DNA from: an uncultured Clostridia bacterium
Lineage (GTDB): Bacteria > Bacillota > Clostridia > TANB77 > CAG-508
Direction of reading: 5' to 3'
Length of the DNA stretch: 64,000 nucleotides
Assembly (NCBI GenBank): GCA_963557785.1
Contig: CAUWBF010000003.1
Location: forward strand, 101,830-165,829
A program made the translations under genes and the position numbers. Shown piece by piece: positions 1-13,400 of this stretch. Below the pieces are notes generated by a model. That model was not told where the DNA came from. It saw only the letters and a list, made by a program, of their open reading frames with translations, and did no database searches. Position 1 is the stretch's first letter, and every line of letters begins with the position of its first letter.

Positions 1-75
1 TACTTAAGTATATATTTAATTATGAATACAAATGTGAAATTTTATTTTTTATTTATATATACTTAGGAGGAATTT

Positions 76-942
76 ATGAAAAAGTTTTTAAGTTCAATTT
101 TAGTTTTTATGCTTGTTATAGCTAGTTTTACAGTATATTCTAATGCAGCTGATGCAGCTATTAAATTAGCTCCTTCATCTTCTACTGTAACTGTTGGAAA
201 AGAATTTAATGTTATTCTTTCTCTTACAAATTTAGGACCATTTGCTAATGGAATAAACTCTGCTAGTGGAACTTTAACATATGATTCTAATTACGTATCA
301 TATGTATCTATATCTGGACAAGGATCTTGGGGTGTCTCACAATTCAATCAATCTAACGGAAAATTCTTAGCTCTTACTTCTAACATGGATCTTGTCGGAA
401 CTGGACCTATATTATCAATAAAATTCAAATTAAATTCATTACCATCTGAAACAACTAAATTAGTAACTTTAAATAATGTTTCAATTACAGATGGAGAAAC
501 AGATGAAATTGAATTTTCAACAGTATCTGTAACTATAAAAGCTCAGGAACCAGCTCCCGTAAATAATACTGTTACTAATAATATTGTAAATAATACTGTT
601 AGTAATACTGTTAGTAATACTGTAAATAATACTGTTGTTAATAACACTGTAAATAATATTGTAAATAATACTATAAACAATACTGTTGAAAATAACACAA
701 TCAATAATATTGTAGAAAATAACGTTATAAATAACACAGTTAATAATACTGTTAATGATACAGTCATTAATATAGATGGTTCAAATACTTCTAAAAATCA
801 AACAACTGCAACTTTGGATGATTCAACTACAAGTAAAGTAATACCTTATACTGGTTTTAATACATTTATTATAATTGCTATTGTAGCTTCTATTGCCTCA
901 GGAATTTACGCATACTATAAGTATAAGAATTTAAATATATAA
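76..942 (+). CDS. Secreted cohesin-domain protein with Asn/Thr/Val-rich linker and LPXTG-like (IPYTG) cell-wall sorting signal
   Basis: AGGAGG RBS at 64-70; signal peptide (MKKFL...SNAADA); cohesin-like motifs (TVTVGKEFNVIL, SGTLTYDSNYV, GPILSIKFKL); NNTV repeats; C-terminal IPYTG + hydrophobic helix + basic tail (YYKYK). Confidence 0.8.
   Translation: MKKFLSSILVFMLVIASFTVYSNAADAAIKLAPSSSTVTVGKEFNVILSLTNLGPFANGINSASGTLTYDSNYVSYVSISGQGSWGVSQFNQSNGKFLALTSNMDLVGTGPILSIKFKLNSLPSETTKLVTLNNVSITDGETDEIEFSTVSVTIKAQEPAPVNNTVTNNIVNNTVSNTVSNTVNNTVVNNTVNNIVNNTINNTVENNTINNIVENNVINNTVNNTVNDTVINIDGSNTSKNQTTATLDDSTTSKVIPYTGFNTFIIIAIVASIASGIYAYYKYKNLNI
563..768 (+). repeat. Degenerate 12-nt tandem repeat (AATAATACTGTW-like) encoding (NNTV/NNIV)n linker
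   Basis: Directly visible periodic aataatactgtt/aataatattgta units inside the 288-aa ORF. Confidence 0.85.
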
Positions 943-965
943 TTAATAATTTAATAGTTTATATA

Positions 966-1001
966 AAAAACATCCTTGTGATTTCTCACAAGGATGTTTT
1001 T
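966..1001. terminator. Bidirectional rho-independent terminator between convergent genes
   Basis: Perfect 16-bp inverted repeat AAAAACATCCTTGTGA-tttc-TCACAAGGATGTTTTT with A/T tails, between stops at 942 (+) and 1005 (-). Confidence 0.92.
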
Positions 1002-1004
1002 ATT

Positions 1005-1440
1005 TTAGAATTTTATATAAAGTGTTGGGTCTACATCGTTACCATATCCGCTAGATGTTCTTACTTCAAAGTGTAAGTGATGTCCTGTAGAATTTCCTGG
1101 ATTTGAGTCTGAAGCATCTCCACCTTCTAATCCTATTGTTTGTCCTTTTGTTACTTTATCGCCTACGGCTACATCTATTCTAGATAAGTGGGCATAGAAT
1201 GTATATATTTCTACTCCGTTTACTATGTGTTTAATTTCTACACTGTTACCAAATGCTCCGTTGTTTCCTGCAAACACTACTTCACCGTCTGCTACTGCTA
1301 ATATATCTGTATGCCAACTTGCTCTAATATCTATACCTGTATGCTTACTTTCTACTCCTGTTGTAGGATGTATTCTCATTCCATATTTTGATGTTATTGT
1401 ATAGCTTTCATCTTGAGATAATGCTAATGGTAATGCAAAT
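1005..1440 (-). other. M23 family zinc metallo-endopeptidase domain (C-terminus of giant protein)
   Basis: ITSKYGMRIHP...KHTGIDI (HxxxD, ~1326-1343), YAHLSRIDVAVGDKVTKGQTIG, NSTGHHLHFEV (HxH, ~1063-1079), VDP: complete canonical catalytic motif set. Confidence 0.93.
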
Positions 1441-4400
1441 ACATTATTTTGTCTAATATATAATGATGTTTCATCTCCTACTCCTTCACTGCCTTCTTCA
1501 GTGTCTTCTTCTTTTCTTCTCATTCTTCTTCTTGATACTTCTTCTGGAATAGTCCATATTTGTTCTTCTATATATTTATTATAGTTTCCTCTTAATAATG
1601 TTCTATCAAGTTTATCTACTTTACCGTCTTCGTTTAAGTCATATACTTTTAGTCCATTATTATCTGTTACTTCTCCATAATTATATGTTAGAGCTGTCAA
1701 GTCACTTAATTCTATTTGTCCATCACTATTTACATCACCTGCGTAAATTTGTATATCATCCATTGGAACTTCTTCGTTGGTGTAAACAGTTATGTTTGTT
1801 AATCTATACTCTAAGTAAGATTGTTTTGTTACAACAAAGTCATATTCACCTTCTATTAATTGTAATTCATATGTTCCTTCTCCAGAAGTAGTAACTTGCG
1901 CTACAACTTCTCTTGGATCTATTTCATCATTTTCTGTTCTTTGGTCTGATGTTTTATATACTGTAATTGTTGAAATATGCTCGTTTCCACTAGCTGTTTG
2001 AGTAATAACTTTTCCTGTTACTTTTGCACGTTTTATAACATTTACTGTATATTCTTTAACATCATTATTTAATGCTGTAACTTTAACTTTGATAACTTTT
2101 GTATCTACATCAGCTAAATCTATAGTTTCTGTATTTGTTGCTCTAGTTTCTGCATTTTCATTTATAGAAATCTTAGCTAATTCCATATTAGACGTAGCTT
2201 GTAATTCTACACTACTACTATTTTGATCAACATATACTGTATATGTTCCATCTTCATTTGCTTCTATTACTTCGCTATTTGCTTTTATTTCTTTTAAACT
2301 GTTATCATCAGAAGTTTTTGTAATATTTAAAGTAACTATTCTTCTTGTTCCATCTGCACTTTCAAGTGTAATTGGAACTTGTGTATTTAATTCTTCTAAT
2401 GTAACCTCTTTAGAAGTTTTTCTTAAAGTAAAGTCTCCATCTATTATTTGAATTTTTGTTGTTTTAGATGTTGCTATTACTTCTACATTTGCTGTAGTTA
2501 CTGAGTTATCAACTTCTACTACATAGTTTCCTGTGCTATCTTGTATGATTTCATTTCCATCTACTGTAATAGTTAATCCTAAATCGCTTAGTTCATCTAC
2601 TGAACTTACTCTATTTATAATTAAACTATATTCTTTTGAAGCTAATTTATCATCTGCAAGTACTGTTACTGGAATTATTGTTTCGTCTTCATCTAATGTA
2701 TAATTTTTAAATGTAGCATCTGCTAAACTTGCTTCCATATCTGAAATTTGTACATATTCATCTTCGGCTACTGATGTTGCATTAATATTTATACTTTCTT
2801 TGTCTTGTAGAACATCAATTTTATATGTTGTATCATCTACTTTATTTACAAGTCTTCCATCTACATAAATTGAATTTAATCTCAAGTCATCTTGTTTTCT
2901 GTTTATAATTAACTTATATTCTTTTAATGTTCCATCTTCAGCAACTACTTGTATTGTTTTTCTAACATCTTTTGAACCTTCTGTATTAAGTTCTTCAGTA
3001 TATTCTGATTGTGTATACTCTGCATTTTCGTCAATTCTTACGTATGCATTACTATCAGCTAATTTAATTGCAAGATTTGTAGTATCAATACCAACTTTTA
3101 TAATTGTTTCATATACATCATTAGAACTTAAAATTATTTCTTCATCATTTAATGTTAGTTTTTCTATTGTTGTATTATTAGATAATCTTGTTAGGATGAT
3201 ATTATATGTTTTTACAACTATTCCATCTTGAGCTGTTATAACTACTGGTATCGTAATTACTTCTTCATCTGTACTTATTGGTAACATTATTTCTGTTGTA
3301 CCTATTTTTGCTGTTTCATCACCAATTTTGATAGATGCCTTTTCATTCTCAGGAATTATTTTAATTCTTACTGCATCTTGTAATGCTGTAATATTTTTTC
3401 TATAGATTAATCCTGTATCATCTGGTTCTGTTAATTCTCCTCCGATGTCTATTTCTTTAACATTTGCATTATCAGATTTCTTTAATATTCTTAAAGTATA
3501 TGTTGTTAATAATCCTGTTTCAGAAGTTACATCAATTTGAATTTCCTTATCTTCTCCAGCTGTACCTATTTCTCTAGTTATATTTCCTAAGTTTGATACA
3601 TCTCCAGAAGTAACTACTGCGTAATCATTTTTAGCTTTAATAGTAAATGTTTCAGATTCCTTAGTTCTTAATACATAAGCTGTATATGTTTTTGTTCTAG
3701 CATCATACTCAGTTACTAATTCATCTCCACTTAATATATATTCTATTTGATTATCATTAGAAACTCTATTTATTTCTAATTGTTTTGTTGTTACATTTTC
3801 TCCATCTTGTGCTGTTACTACAATGTTTAATGTTACTATCTTCTTATCGTTAAATACTATTTCTTCTGTAGATACATTTTCACAAATTGCACCACTCTCA
3901 ATTTGAACTGTTGCAAATTTGTTATTAGATGTAACTTCTACTGTTGCAGAATCGTTTGTATCTAATACATTGATATAATATTTACCATCTTGTTCAGTTA
4001 TTGTTCTTCCATTTACTTTTACAGATTTAATACTTGAATCCTCAGAAATTCTTAGTAAACGTACATTATATTCTTTTTCTGTTCCATCTTCTGCTGTTAT
4101 TGTTACTGGTACAATAGTTTCATTACTATTTACTATAGTAGCAAATGTTAATTCTTTTATACCTGTATTTTCACCAGAAGTAATTGTTGCGTATTCGTTT
4201 TCGCTTGTTACTTTAATTGTTGCTACTGATGCATCTTTTGCTATAAATTTAGTATAACTATCTGTTTCAGCATCGTAGAAGTCTATTGCATTTTCATCTA
4301 CTAATATATTTTCTAAGTTTGCATTTACTGAAATTCTTGTAATGTATAATGTATGAACTCCAACTGTACCATCTGTTGCTACAACTTTAATTGGCACTTC

Positions 4401-7400
4401 AACTGTTCTACCACTTAAGTTTGTTATTTGAATTTGTTTTTCTACTGTTTCTAATTCTCCTGAATTATTTATATCTATTTGTGCATATTCTTTAGCAGTT
4501 TTTGCATAAATAGTTGTTTTATCTAGTGTTTCTCTAATACTTGCGTAGTAGTTTCCATCTTCGCCTAATGTAGCTTCAACATTGTCTACAGTTACTTTTT
4601 CTAGATCTGTAACACTTGTTTCTTTTACTACATATAATGTTCTTGTTTCTTGTTCTCCACTTTCAGCTGTTGCTTTTATAGAAATTTCTGTAACTTCATT
4701 TGGTAAATATGCATCTCCTGATGCGCTACCAATTCCTATTACTTCATTATTTGCATTTATAGATGTATATTCATCCTCAGCAACAATTTCTAAGTTTTCA
4801 GTATCTAGTGGGTTTGTAACAATTGTCATATATGATTTTTGTGTTGCATTATAGCTTAATAATTTTCCACCTAATTTTAAGCTTGTAATATTTGTATTTG
4901 TAGATATTTTTGTAATTACTAATGTATGTATTTGCTCGTTTCCAGCTTGTGCTGTAACTTTTATTTTTATTTCTGTTGTTCTTGTTGTTAATTCTTTTTC
5001 ATGTGTTGCTTCAGCTGTTTCGTATGCTATGTCTTCTATAGTTAATTTTGCATATTCGCTTGAAGCTTTAACAACTATTGAACTTAATTCTTCTTTTGTT
5101 TTTACAATATAGTTGTCGTCCATTACTTTAGCTAATGTTCCATCAACTTTAATTGTTTCTAAGCTTGTATCTGTTGATTTCTTTAATACATTTACTGTAT
5201 ATGTTTTTGTATCTCCATTTTCAGCTGTAACTAATAATTCTGTGCTAGACATTCCGCTTTCTAGATTTAAAGTTATAGATGTGCTATGTAATTGTTCATC
5301 TGTACTATCGGCTTTAATCTTAGCATTTTCATCTTTAGTTACTGCTTCAATAGTTACTGAATCAACTGTAGTATCAACAAACATTGTGTAGTCATCTTTT
5401 CCATCAGCTTTAGTTTCTATACCATTTACTGTTATATAATCTAATTCTGTGTTATTAGAAACTTTTTTAATTGTTAATGTATAATTTTCTATATTTCCAC
5501 TTTCTGATCTAACTTTTACTGTTATATCTTTTGTTTTTACTCCTGTTAAATCAATTGTGTAAGAATTTTCTTTAAGTTTAAATTCAGAATCTTCTATTTG
5601 TACCCAAGCATTATTACTGTTGCTTCTTGCAACTATTGTATAGCTTTCATCCTTAATTAGAACTTCTGCCATATATCCATTTTCTTGTAATATTGCATCA
5701 TTATTATCTACTCTTAATGATTCTAATGTTGTATCTGAATCTAACTTAGTTATTACTACCACATATTCTTTATAACGTTCTGATTTTTCTGGATCTCTTA
5801 CTGTTACAATCACTTCAACTTCAGATTCATCCATTGGAATTTCGAAAGATGAAGATCCTGATTGCTCTCCAATTCCATCTACAGAAACAATCGCATCATT
5901 ATTTTTAGCATCTACTGCTAATATAGCTTTTGTAAGTTCATTATTTACTCCTACATGGTATTTTCCGTCTTCTTCAAGAACAGCTTCTTTTTCTTCTACA
6001 ATTATTGAGTTTAATCTAATATCGTTTTCAAGTTTTATAATAACTGTATATGCTTGTTCTAATCCGTTTTCAGCTTTAATTGTAAATGGTACTTCAGTCT
6101 CTTTCTCAGTTATAGTTATATTCTTTGTAGCTTTTACATCTGTGTAATCTGAGTTTTGTATTTTAACTTTAGCAAATTCATTATTTGCTGTAACTGTTAA
6201 GTTTACATCTGTCATAGTATTTGGTACTTCTATTGTATAAACAAGGTCTGATGTTCTTTCAACAAATTCATCTTCTATTCCTTCTGCTTCCACACTTAGT
6301 ACTGTGTTATCTGATGAGAATTGTTTTAATACAACTTCATGTTCTTCAGATGAACCATCTTCTGCTACTACTTTAACTTTAACAATTTTTTCTTCTTCAG
6401 CTATTTCTACTAAAGATGTTGTAGTTTGTACCGCTTCTTCTAATCCATCTATAGTTACTAATGTATTTTCATTTTCTGCTACAGCTTTTATAGTAACTTG
6501 TTCTTTATTTCCTATTTTTACAACATATTTTCCATCACTATCTTTTTCGATTAATTCATCATCTACATATAATTCTGAAAGGTTAGTATTATTAGACATT
6601 TTTCTAATTGTTAATTCATATTCATCTAATGTTCCATCTTCGGCCATAACTGTTATTTTTACTGGTGTTTCTGTTACTCTAGTTGGAACTGTAACAGTAT
6701 TTCCTTTAAGAACATATTCTGAACCATTTATAGAAACTTTCGCGTTTTCATCTGCAGCTTCTGCATAAACATCTATACTTTGTGTATTATATCCTATTGT
6801 TGCTATATATGTTCCTTTATTATCTTTAACAACATTATTTCCATCTACTTGAACACTATTTAAGTTTGTATTTGATGATTTATTCTTGATGATTAACTTA
6901 TATGTATTTATTGTCATTTGATCTTGAGCTGTTACTGTAAGATTTACTATCATTTCTTCTTCAGATTTAATAACTGATTTTGTTAATGTTCCTGTTACTG
7001 CATCTTCATTTTCGTATGCTACTTTAGCTTTTAAATCTTCAGGTACTATGCTCATATTAATGTCTGTTATAGATTTATTTACTTTAGCTACAAATGTATT
7101 TGTTTCTTCGTTGAAACTTGCTTCCTCTCCATTAACTACTATTTGTTTAATATCTGCAACATCTGGTATTCCATGAACATATACTTTGTATTGTTCTTCT
7201 GTAACACCATCTTGAGCTTTAACAGTAATTAATACAGTCATTTCACTTCTTGTAACATTTATATTTTGTGTACTTACACTTTCTTCGAATATGAAGTCAT
7301 TTATTTTTACTTCTGCAAATTCATCTTCTGATATAGCTATAACTTCAATTCCTTTAGTAATGTAATCTAACTTAATATCATATGCATTATCTTCTGTAGT

Positions 7401-10400
7401 ACTTGCAATTGGTTTTACACCATCTATTGTTACAGATTTTAATCCTACATTACTATTTAATTTTTCAACTGTTAATGTATATTCTTCTGTTGTAATTCCA
7501 TCTTGTGCTTTTATAATGATTGGAACTATTGTTGGGTCTTTGCTCATATCTACTGTTGCTGTATTTGTTTGAACCTCATATGTTCCGCCATTTATACTTA
7601 CTTTTGCTAATTTAAATCCTGATATTGCACTTACATCTAATTCTTCAAATATTCTTCCTACCTTAGCAATAAAGTTATTTGTTCCTTCTTCACGTTCTGC
7701 TGTAACTGTAAACTTATCGTTTCCAATTGTAATAGAATCGATACTTGTATCTTTAGATGGTTGATAAATTATAAGTGTATAATTAGCACGTTTTGTACTA
7801 TCTTCTGGATCTGTTACTGTAACTATATGTGTGTTTGCTTCTTCTTTAGTTGATACTTTTCTTGTTGAAGTTCCTTCTTGAGCTCCCATATCATTTATAT
7901 TTACATACTCAGATAAAATGCTTGCCATTGCTGTTACATTTGCTGTTGTTTGTTTTTTACTTAAGTATACTTCATATATATCTCCGTTTTTTTCTGCCTT
8001 TTGTCCTTCAACTGTAATATATGCTAATCCTAAGCTTTCTTTTTCTTTTTCTATTGTTAATGTGTATGTTTTGCTCATTTCCATAGCTGTTACAGTTATT
8101 TGAACAGTTGCAGTTTCTTTATCTTTGATATCTACTTTTTTACTTGAAACATTTATTTTAGCTTCACTATTATCTATTTTTACATTTGCTAATTTGTAAA
8201 CTGATGTTGCTGTAATATTTGCTATATCAGTATCTGTTGGAACAACTATTGCATATTCTGTGTCGCTTACTCTTAGTGCTTCTTCATTATTTATACTTAA
8301 ATCTTCTAAGTCTAGTACCTTATCTGCTTTATAAATTGTTAATGTATAAACTTTTGAATCTTCACTTTCTGATGTTACAACTATTTCTACTTCTTTAGAA
8401 TCTATATCTTTAGTTTCAACATTTCTTGTTGAAGTTGCAGTTTCTGGTTCTTGTCCATCTATAGCAACCTTAGATTTTTTATCTTTTGCTGTAGCTACTA
8501 CTTCAGCTAAATCTATCTCTTCAGAAACTACCATTGCATATTCTGTATCACTTACTTTTACAGCTTTCTCTTCATTTACTACTATATCCTCTAAATCTGT
8601 ATTATTTGAAAGTTTATTTACTATTAAATTGTATCTATAAACAACACCATCTATAGCTTTTACTAAAAATTCTATTGTTTGTGTATCATCATTTATGTTT
8701 ATTTCTTTTTCTATACTTCCATATTCCCAACTTGTTCCACCATCGATGCTAATTCTATCTGTATCGTATATAGATTTAATAAATAATTTTGCTGTATTTT
8801 CAGTTGTTGCTATTGTTGCTGTGTATTCAGATACATTTGTTATTACCGCTTCTTCTGAATTTACTGTTATATTTTCAATTCTTTGTTTTTCTGAAGGCAT
8901 TACTACTCTTATAGCTTCAGATTGTGCTTTTGTTGCCTTGTCTGTAGCTGTAATTGTTGTCATACCATAACCTTTAGTTGAAACTATTCCATCTTCTACA
9001 GTTGCTACACTTTCATCGCTAGATGTATATGTAAAGTCTGTAAGCTCTCTTGTATTATTATTTAATACATTGAATACATCATAATTTAATTTTAATGTTT
9101 CTTCTGCATTTATATCTAATACATAATTGTTTGGAGTAATTGATAATGTCTTCTTTCCAACATATGTAAATTCTTTTGAATCTTCATATGTTTCGTTTCC
9201 TAATTGTCCGTATGTATTATTTCCAGTTGCATAAGCAAATCCATCTTTTGTAATTAAGTAATTTGTATTATATCCGTTTCCTAATGTAAATACATTATTT
9301 ATGCTTTCAAGTTTTGTTGGAATTTCTACGTTTTCTGTAGTTCCTAATCCTAATTCACCGTTTGCATTTTCTCCCCAAGCGTATACATTTCCATCTTTAT
9401 CTAATGCTAATGCATTATTTCCTTTTGCTGATATATCTACTATATCTCCATTTGTATATAAATCTGTTGCTTCCCCATTTGTAACTTTTACAATATTACC
9501 ATCAGCTTTTAGTATGATAATACTTTCGTTCATACCTTGTGCTTTTACAGCTGTTGCTATTTCTGGCATTGCTATATCACCAAATGTATATACTTTACCA
9601 GTACTATCAATAGCTATTGTATATTTTGGTCCTGCTGCAATACTTACAATATGTTCTGCAATTTGATTTAATTTTGTAGGTCTTAATGAATTTTCTTTGC
9701 CTTCTGTTCCTAATTGTCCATTTTCATTTAATCCCCATGTATATACATTTCCATATGAATCTAATGCTACTACGTGATTGTCTCCTGTAGCTATTTGGAT
9801 AATGTTTTCTAATCCTTCAATTTGAGAAGGTTTCTTAACATTAAGTTTGTTTCCTTGTCCAAGTTGTCCATATGTGTTATCTCCCCAAGACCAAACTGTT
9901 CCATCATTTCTTAATGCCATTGCAAATTTGTTTCCAACAGAAATATCTTTGTATGTTGAAAGTATATTGATATTGTTTGGTATATTACTTGATTTAGCTA
10001 ATTCATTTCCTAATTGTCCTTCAGAGTTATTTCCGAATGTCCAAATACTTCCGTCAGCTTTTAATGCTACTGTAAATTCTTTTCCACCTTGAACTTTTGG
10101 AACATTATTATTATCGGCTTTAATAACTTTTACTATGACAACTAATTCTTTATTAGTTCCTTTTTCTGTTACTTTAACCCATGTTGTACCAACTTTATGT
10201 CCTGTTATATTTCCATTTTTATCAACTGTTGCAATTTCTGGATTTAATGTTTCATATGTAAATTCTGATTCTGACTTATTTTCACTATATAATATGTTAA
10301 ATTCAAAGCTTGCTATTACACCAGCATTTACAGTTTCATTAATTCCAACATTAATTTCTGATTCTTTTACATAAGATTCATCATTTCCTATTTTTACAGG

Positions 10401-13400
10401 AATTCTACTATTTGTTCTTGTAGCTACCTTAGATGTTCCATGATAGTAGTCTCCATAAGCCCAAACTGTTCCATCATATTTAGAAATCACACTATATGTA
10501 TTTCCTGCTGATATATTCATTACATCATCTAATGATTCTAGTTTGCTTACTGTTGTAGAATCTATTGTTGTTCCATTTCCTAATTGTCCAAAGTTATTTG
10601 ATCCTACATTTAATATTTCTCTATTATTATTTAGAAGCATTGTATATCCGTATCCAGCAGATACTTTCATTATATTATTCATTCCATTTACTTTAGTTGG
10701 TTCTTTTACTGTTTCTGTTGTTCCATTAGCTAACTGTCCATTGTTGTTGTAACCAAATGTATAAATTTCTCCATATGCTGTAAGTGCAATACTATGATTG
10801 TCTCCAGCTGAAATATATCCTACTGGTTCGTTTATATCTAATTCTGCAAATGAATCTGTTTTAAATTCTTTACTTCCTGTTTGTCCAAATACATTCAATC
10901 CTGAAGATAATACTTTACCATATTTATTTAATAATAATGTATGATTTTTTCCGATTGAAGCATCTATTATATCTGTTACATTATTTACTCTTGTTGGATA
11001 TTCTACATTGTTGTATGTTCCAGTTCCTAATTCACCATTAGAATTTTGACCCCATACATATACATATCCATCAGTTGTAATTGCTATACTTTGATAATTT
11101 CCTGCTGCAATTTTATCAATATTCTTTAATCCTAATTTTGTTGGTGTATTTGTACTTGTTCCTATTCCTAATGCATAATTATAGTTTCTTCCAAATACAT
11201 ATACTTCGCCACTAGTTGATAGAACTAAAGTATGTTCTTCTCCAACTGCTACTTGTTTTGCTTTAATTCCTGATGGTAAGTTAACTTGTACAGGTTCATC
11301 TTTGTCTGTATTTGTTCCATCTCCTAATTGTCCATATGTATTTTTTCCATATGCCCAAACTGTTCCATCAGCTTTTAGAATTACAGTATGAGATCCACTT
11401 GATACTACTGCTGGTACTTGTTTTGATAAGCTGCTTACTGTAACACAACCATCTCCACCTTTTCCTCCAGCAACACCTACAGTTGATTCTCCACCTTTTG
11501 CTTCAATTGTTCCATAGTTTACTGTATTGTTTGTGTAAATATTTACACTTCCTCCACCTGATGCTCCACCTGAACAAATTATTGAATATGAATAATCTGT
11601 ACTTATACTTGGTGAGTTAACACCATTAGCACTAATTGTATTGTTATTATCTAATGCATTAGCATAAATATTTAAAAGTCCACCTGTTCCGTTTTCTGAA
11701 ATATAGTTCTTTGGTGTTGCTCTATAGTAGCTATAAGAACCTGTTCCATTTCCTGCACCACCAAGAGATATTTGACCATATCCAGAACCATTGCTTGAGC
11801 ATACAACACCGTTACTTCCTGCTCCACCAACTGAAGATCCGTTAGCTGATACAGCATACCAGCCTCCACCACCATCAGAGTTGGCAGCTCCTGAACCTGC
11901 ACCTCCAGAGTAACTTGTACCTGTACCACCTGCTCCTATTTGTATAGCAGCAGTATAGTTTCTTCCAGAACCAGTTCCTCCACCACCTGTTCTTCTGTCG
12001 CTTCCGTTATATCCGGCATTACCGTAAAGTACTGTACCTGTTCCTGATGTATATTTAGAGTTTCCACCTTTTGCACCTACTGCTGGAACATAATCATATT
12101 TTCCATATGCGTCTTTCCATAAGTAAACATTTTCTCCCTCTGCTTTTGCTCCTCTTGCTGTCATTGAAATTGTTCCGTTATTTTCTAGTGTTCCAGTTAC
12201 ACATAAAGTAAATCCTTTTGGTCCACCATAAGTGTTACCATATGTAGTTACTTTAACACCATTTTCAACTGTTAAGTTACCATTTACTTTTACAACTACC
12301 ATTCTTTGAGCATATGAGTTTTCTGTTGCAACATCTGTTGCATCTCCGAAGATTTTATCTTCAGCCCATACTTGATCTTCTTGGAAGTTATAGAAGTGTA
12401 TTTTATAATCTACAGTTTCATCTATTCCGTTTACTCTTAAAGTATATTTTCCATCTGGTAAATCTAAACTTTTAACTCCTTGAATTATACTATCGCAGTT
12501 TATGTATCCTTCTCCATCTGCTAAATATCCACTTACTTTGCTTATGCTTTCGTTAGACTCTAATATCTCATCTTCTTTTGGTAAAATTGTAACTTGTACA
12601 ACATTTATATAATTTGTATTGTCCTTTTTAACTACAATAGTTGTATTTCCTTCTTTAGCACCTGTAACTGTTCCGTCTTCAGCAACTTTTGCAATAGTTG
12701 TGTCTCCAGATTCGTATGTTACATCTGCTATAGCTTTTACATTTTCAAACACATTAAATGTTTTATTATATGCTTCAATTTTGTATGTTTGATCTTTTTG
12801 TATAGTAACATTATTTACATTTAATCCTAATTCTTCTAATCCTACAATATTTAGGTTATAGCTATTTTCATATAGTTTATTTCCTAAGTTACCATATTTT
12901 CCAGATCCCCAAGAATATACATATCCTTCGTTATTTATAATTGCACCATTGTTATATCCTACTGATAAGTATAATACATTTTCGAATTTATCATTTTTAG
13001 CAGGTAAAACTTGAACTACTGATTGATCTGTTGCTAATTTGTATGAATTGTTTGATCCCCAAACATATACATCTCCGTTTTCTAAAACTGCCATACTAAA
13101 TCCGTTTCCGGCTTTTAGTTGTTTAATTCCTGATAATACTTGTCTTCCTGTAGAATCTTTAACTATTACTGGTACTGTTGCATTTGTTTTGTTTCCATTT
13201 CCAAGTTGTCCATATGTATTATTTCCAATACCAAATCCTAAACCATCTTGTGTACGTATTAATGTATGATCTGATCCAGTAGATACTTCTATTGCATTTG
13301 TTACATTTTGTAACTCTTGTCCATTTGATATTTTTGCTACTTTTCCATTAGCTTTTACTGCATATTCTGCAGATATATCTACGGCATTCTTAATGTTTGC

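Noticed and set aside
543-767. 74-aa hydrophobic minus-strand ORF (TVLL repeats)
   Set aside because: Reverse complement of the NNTV linker repeat.
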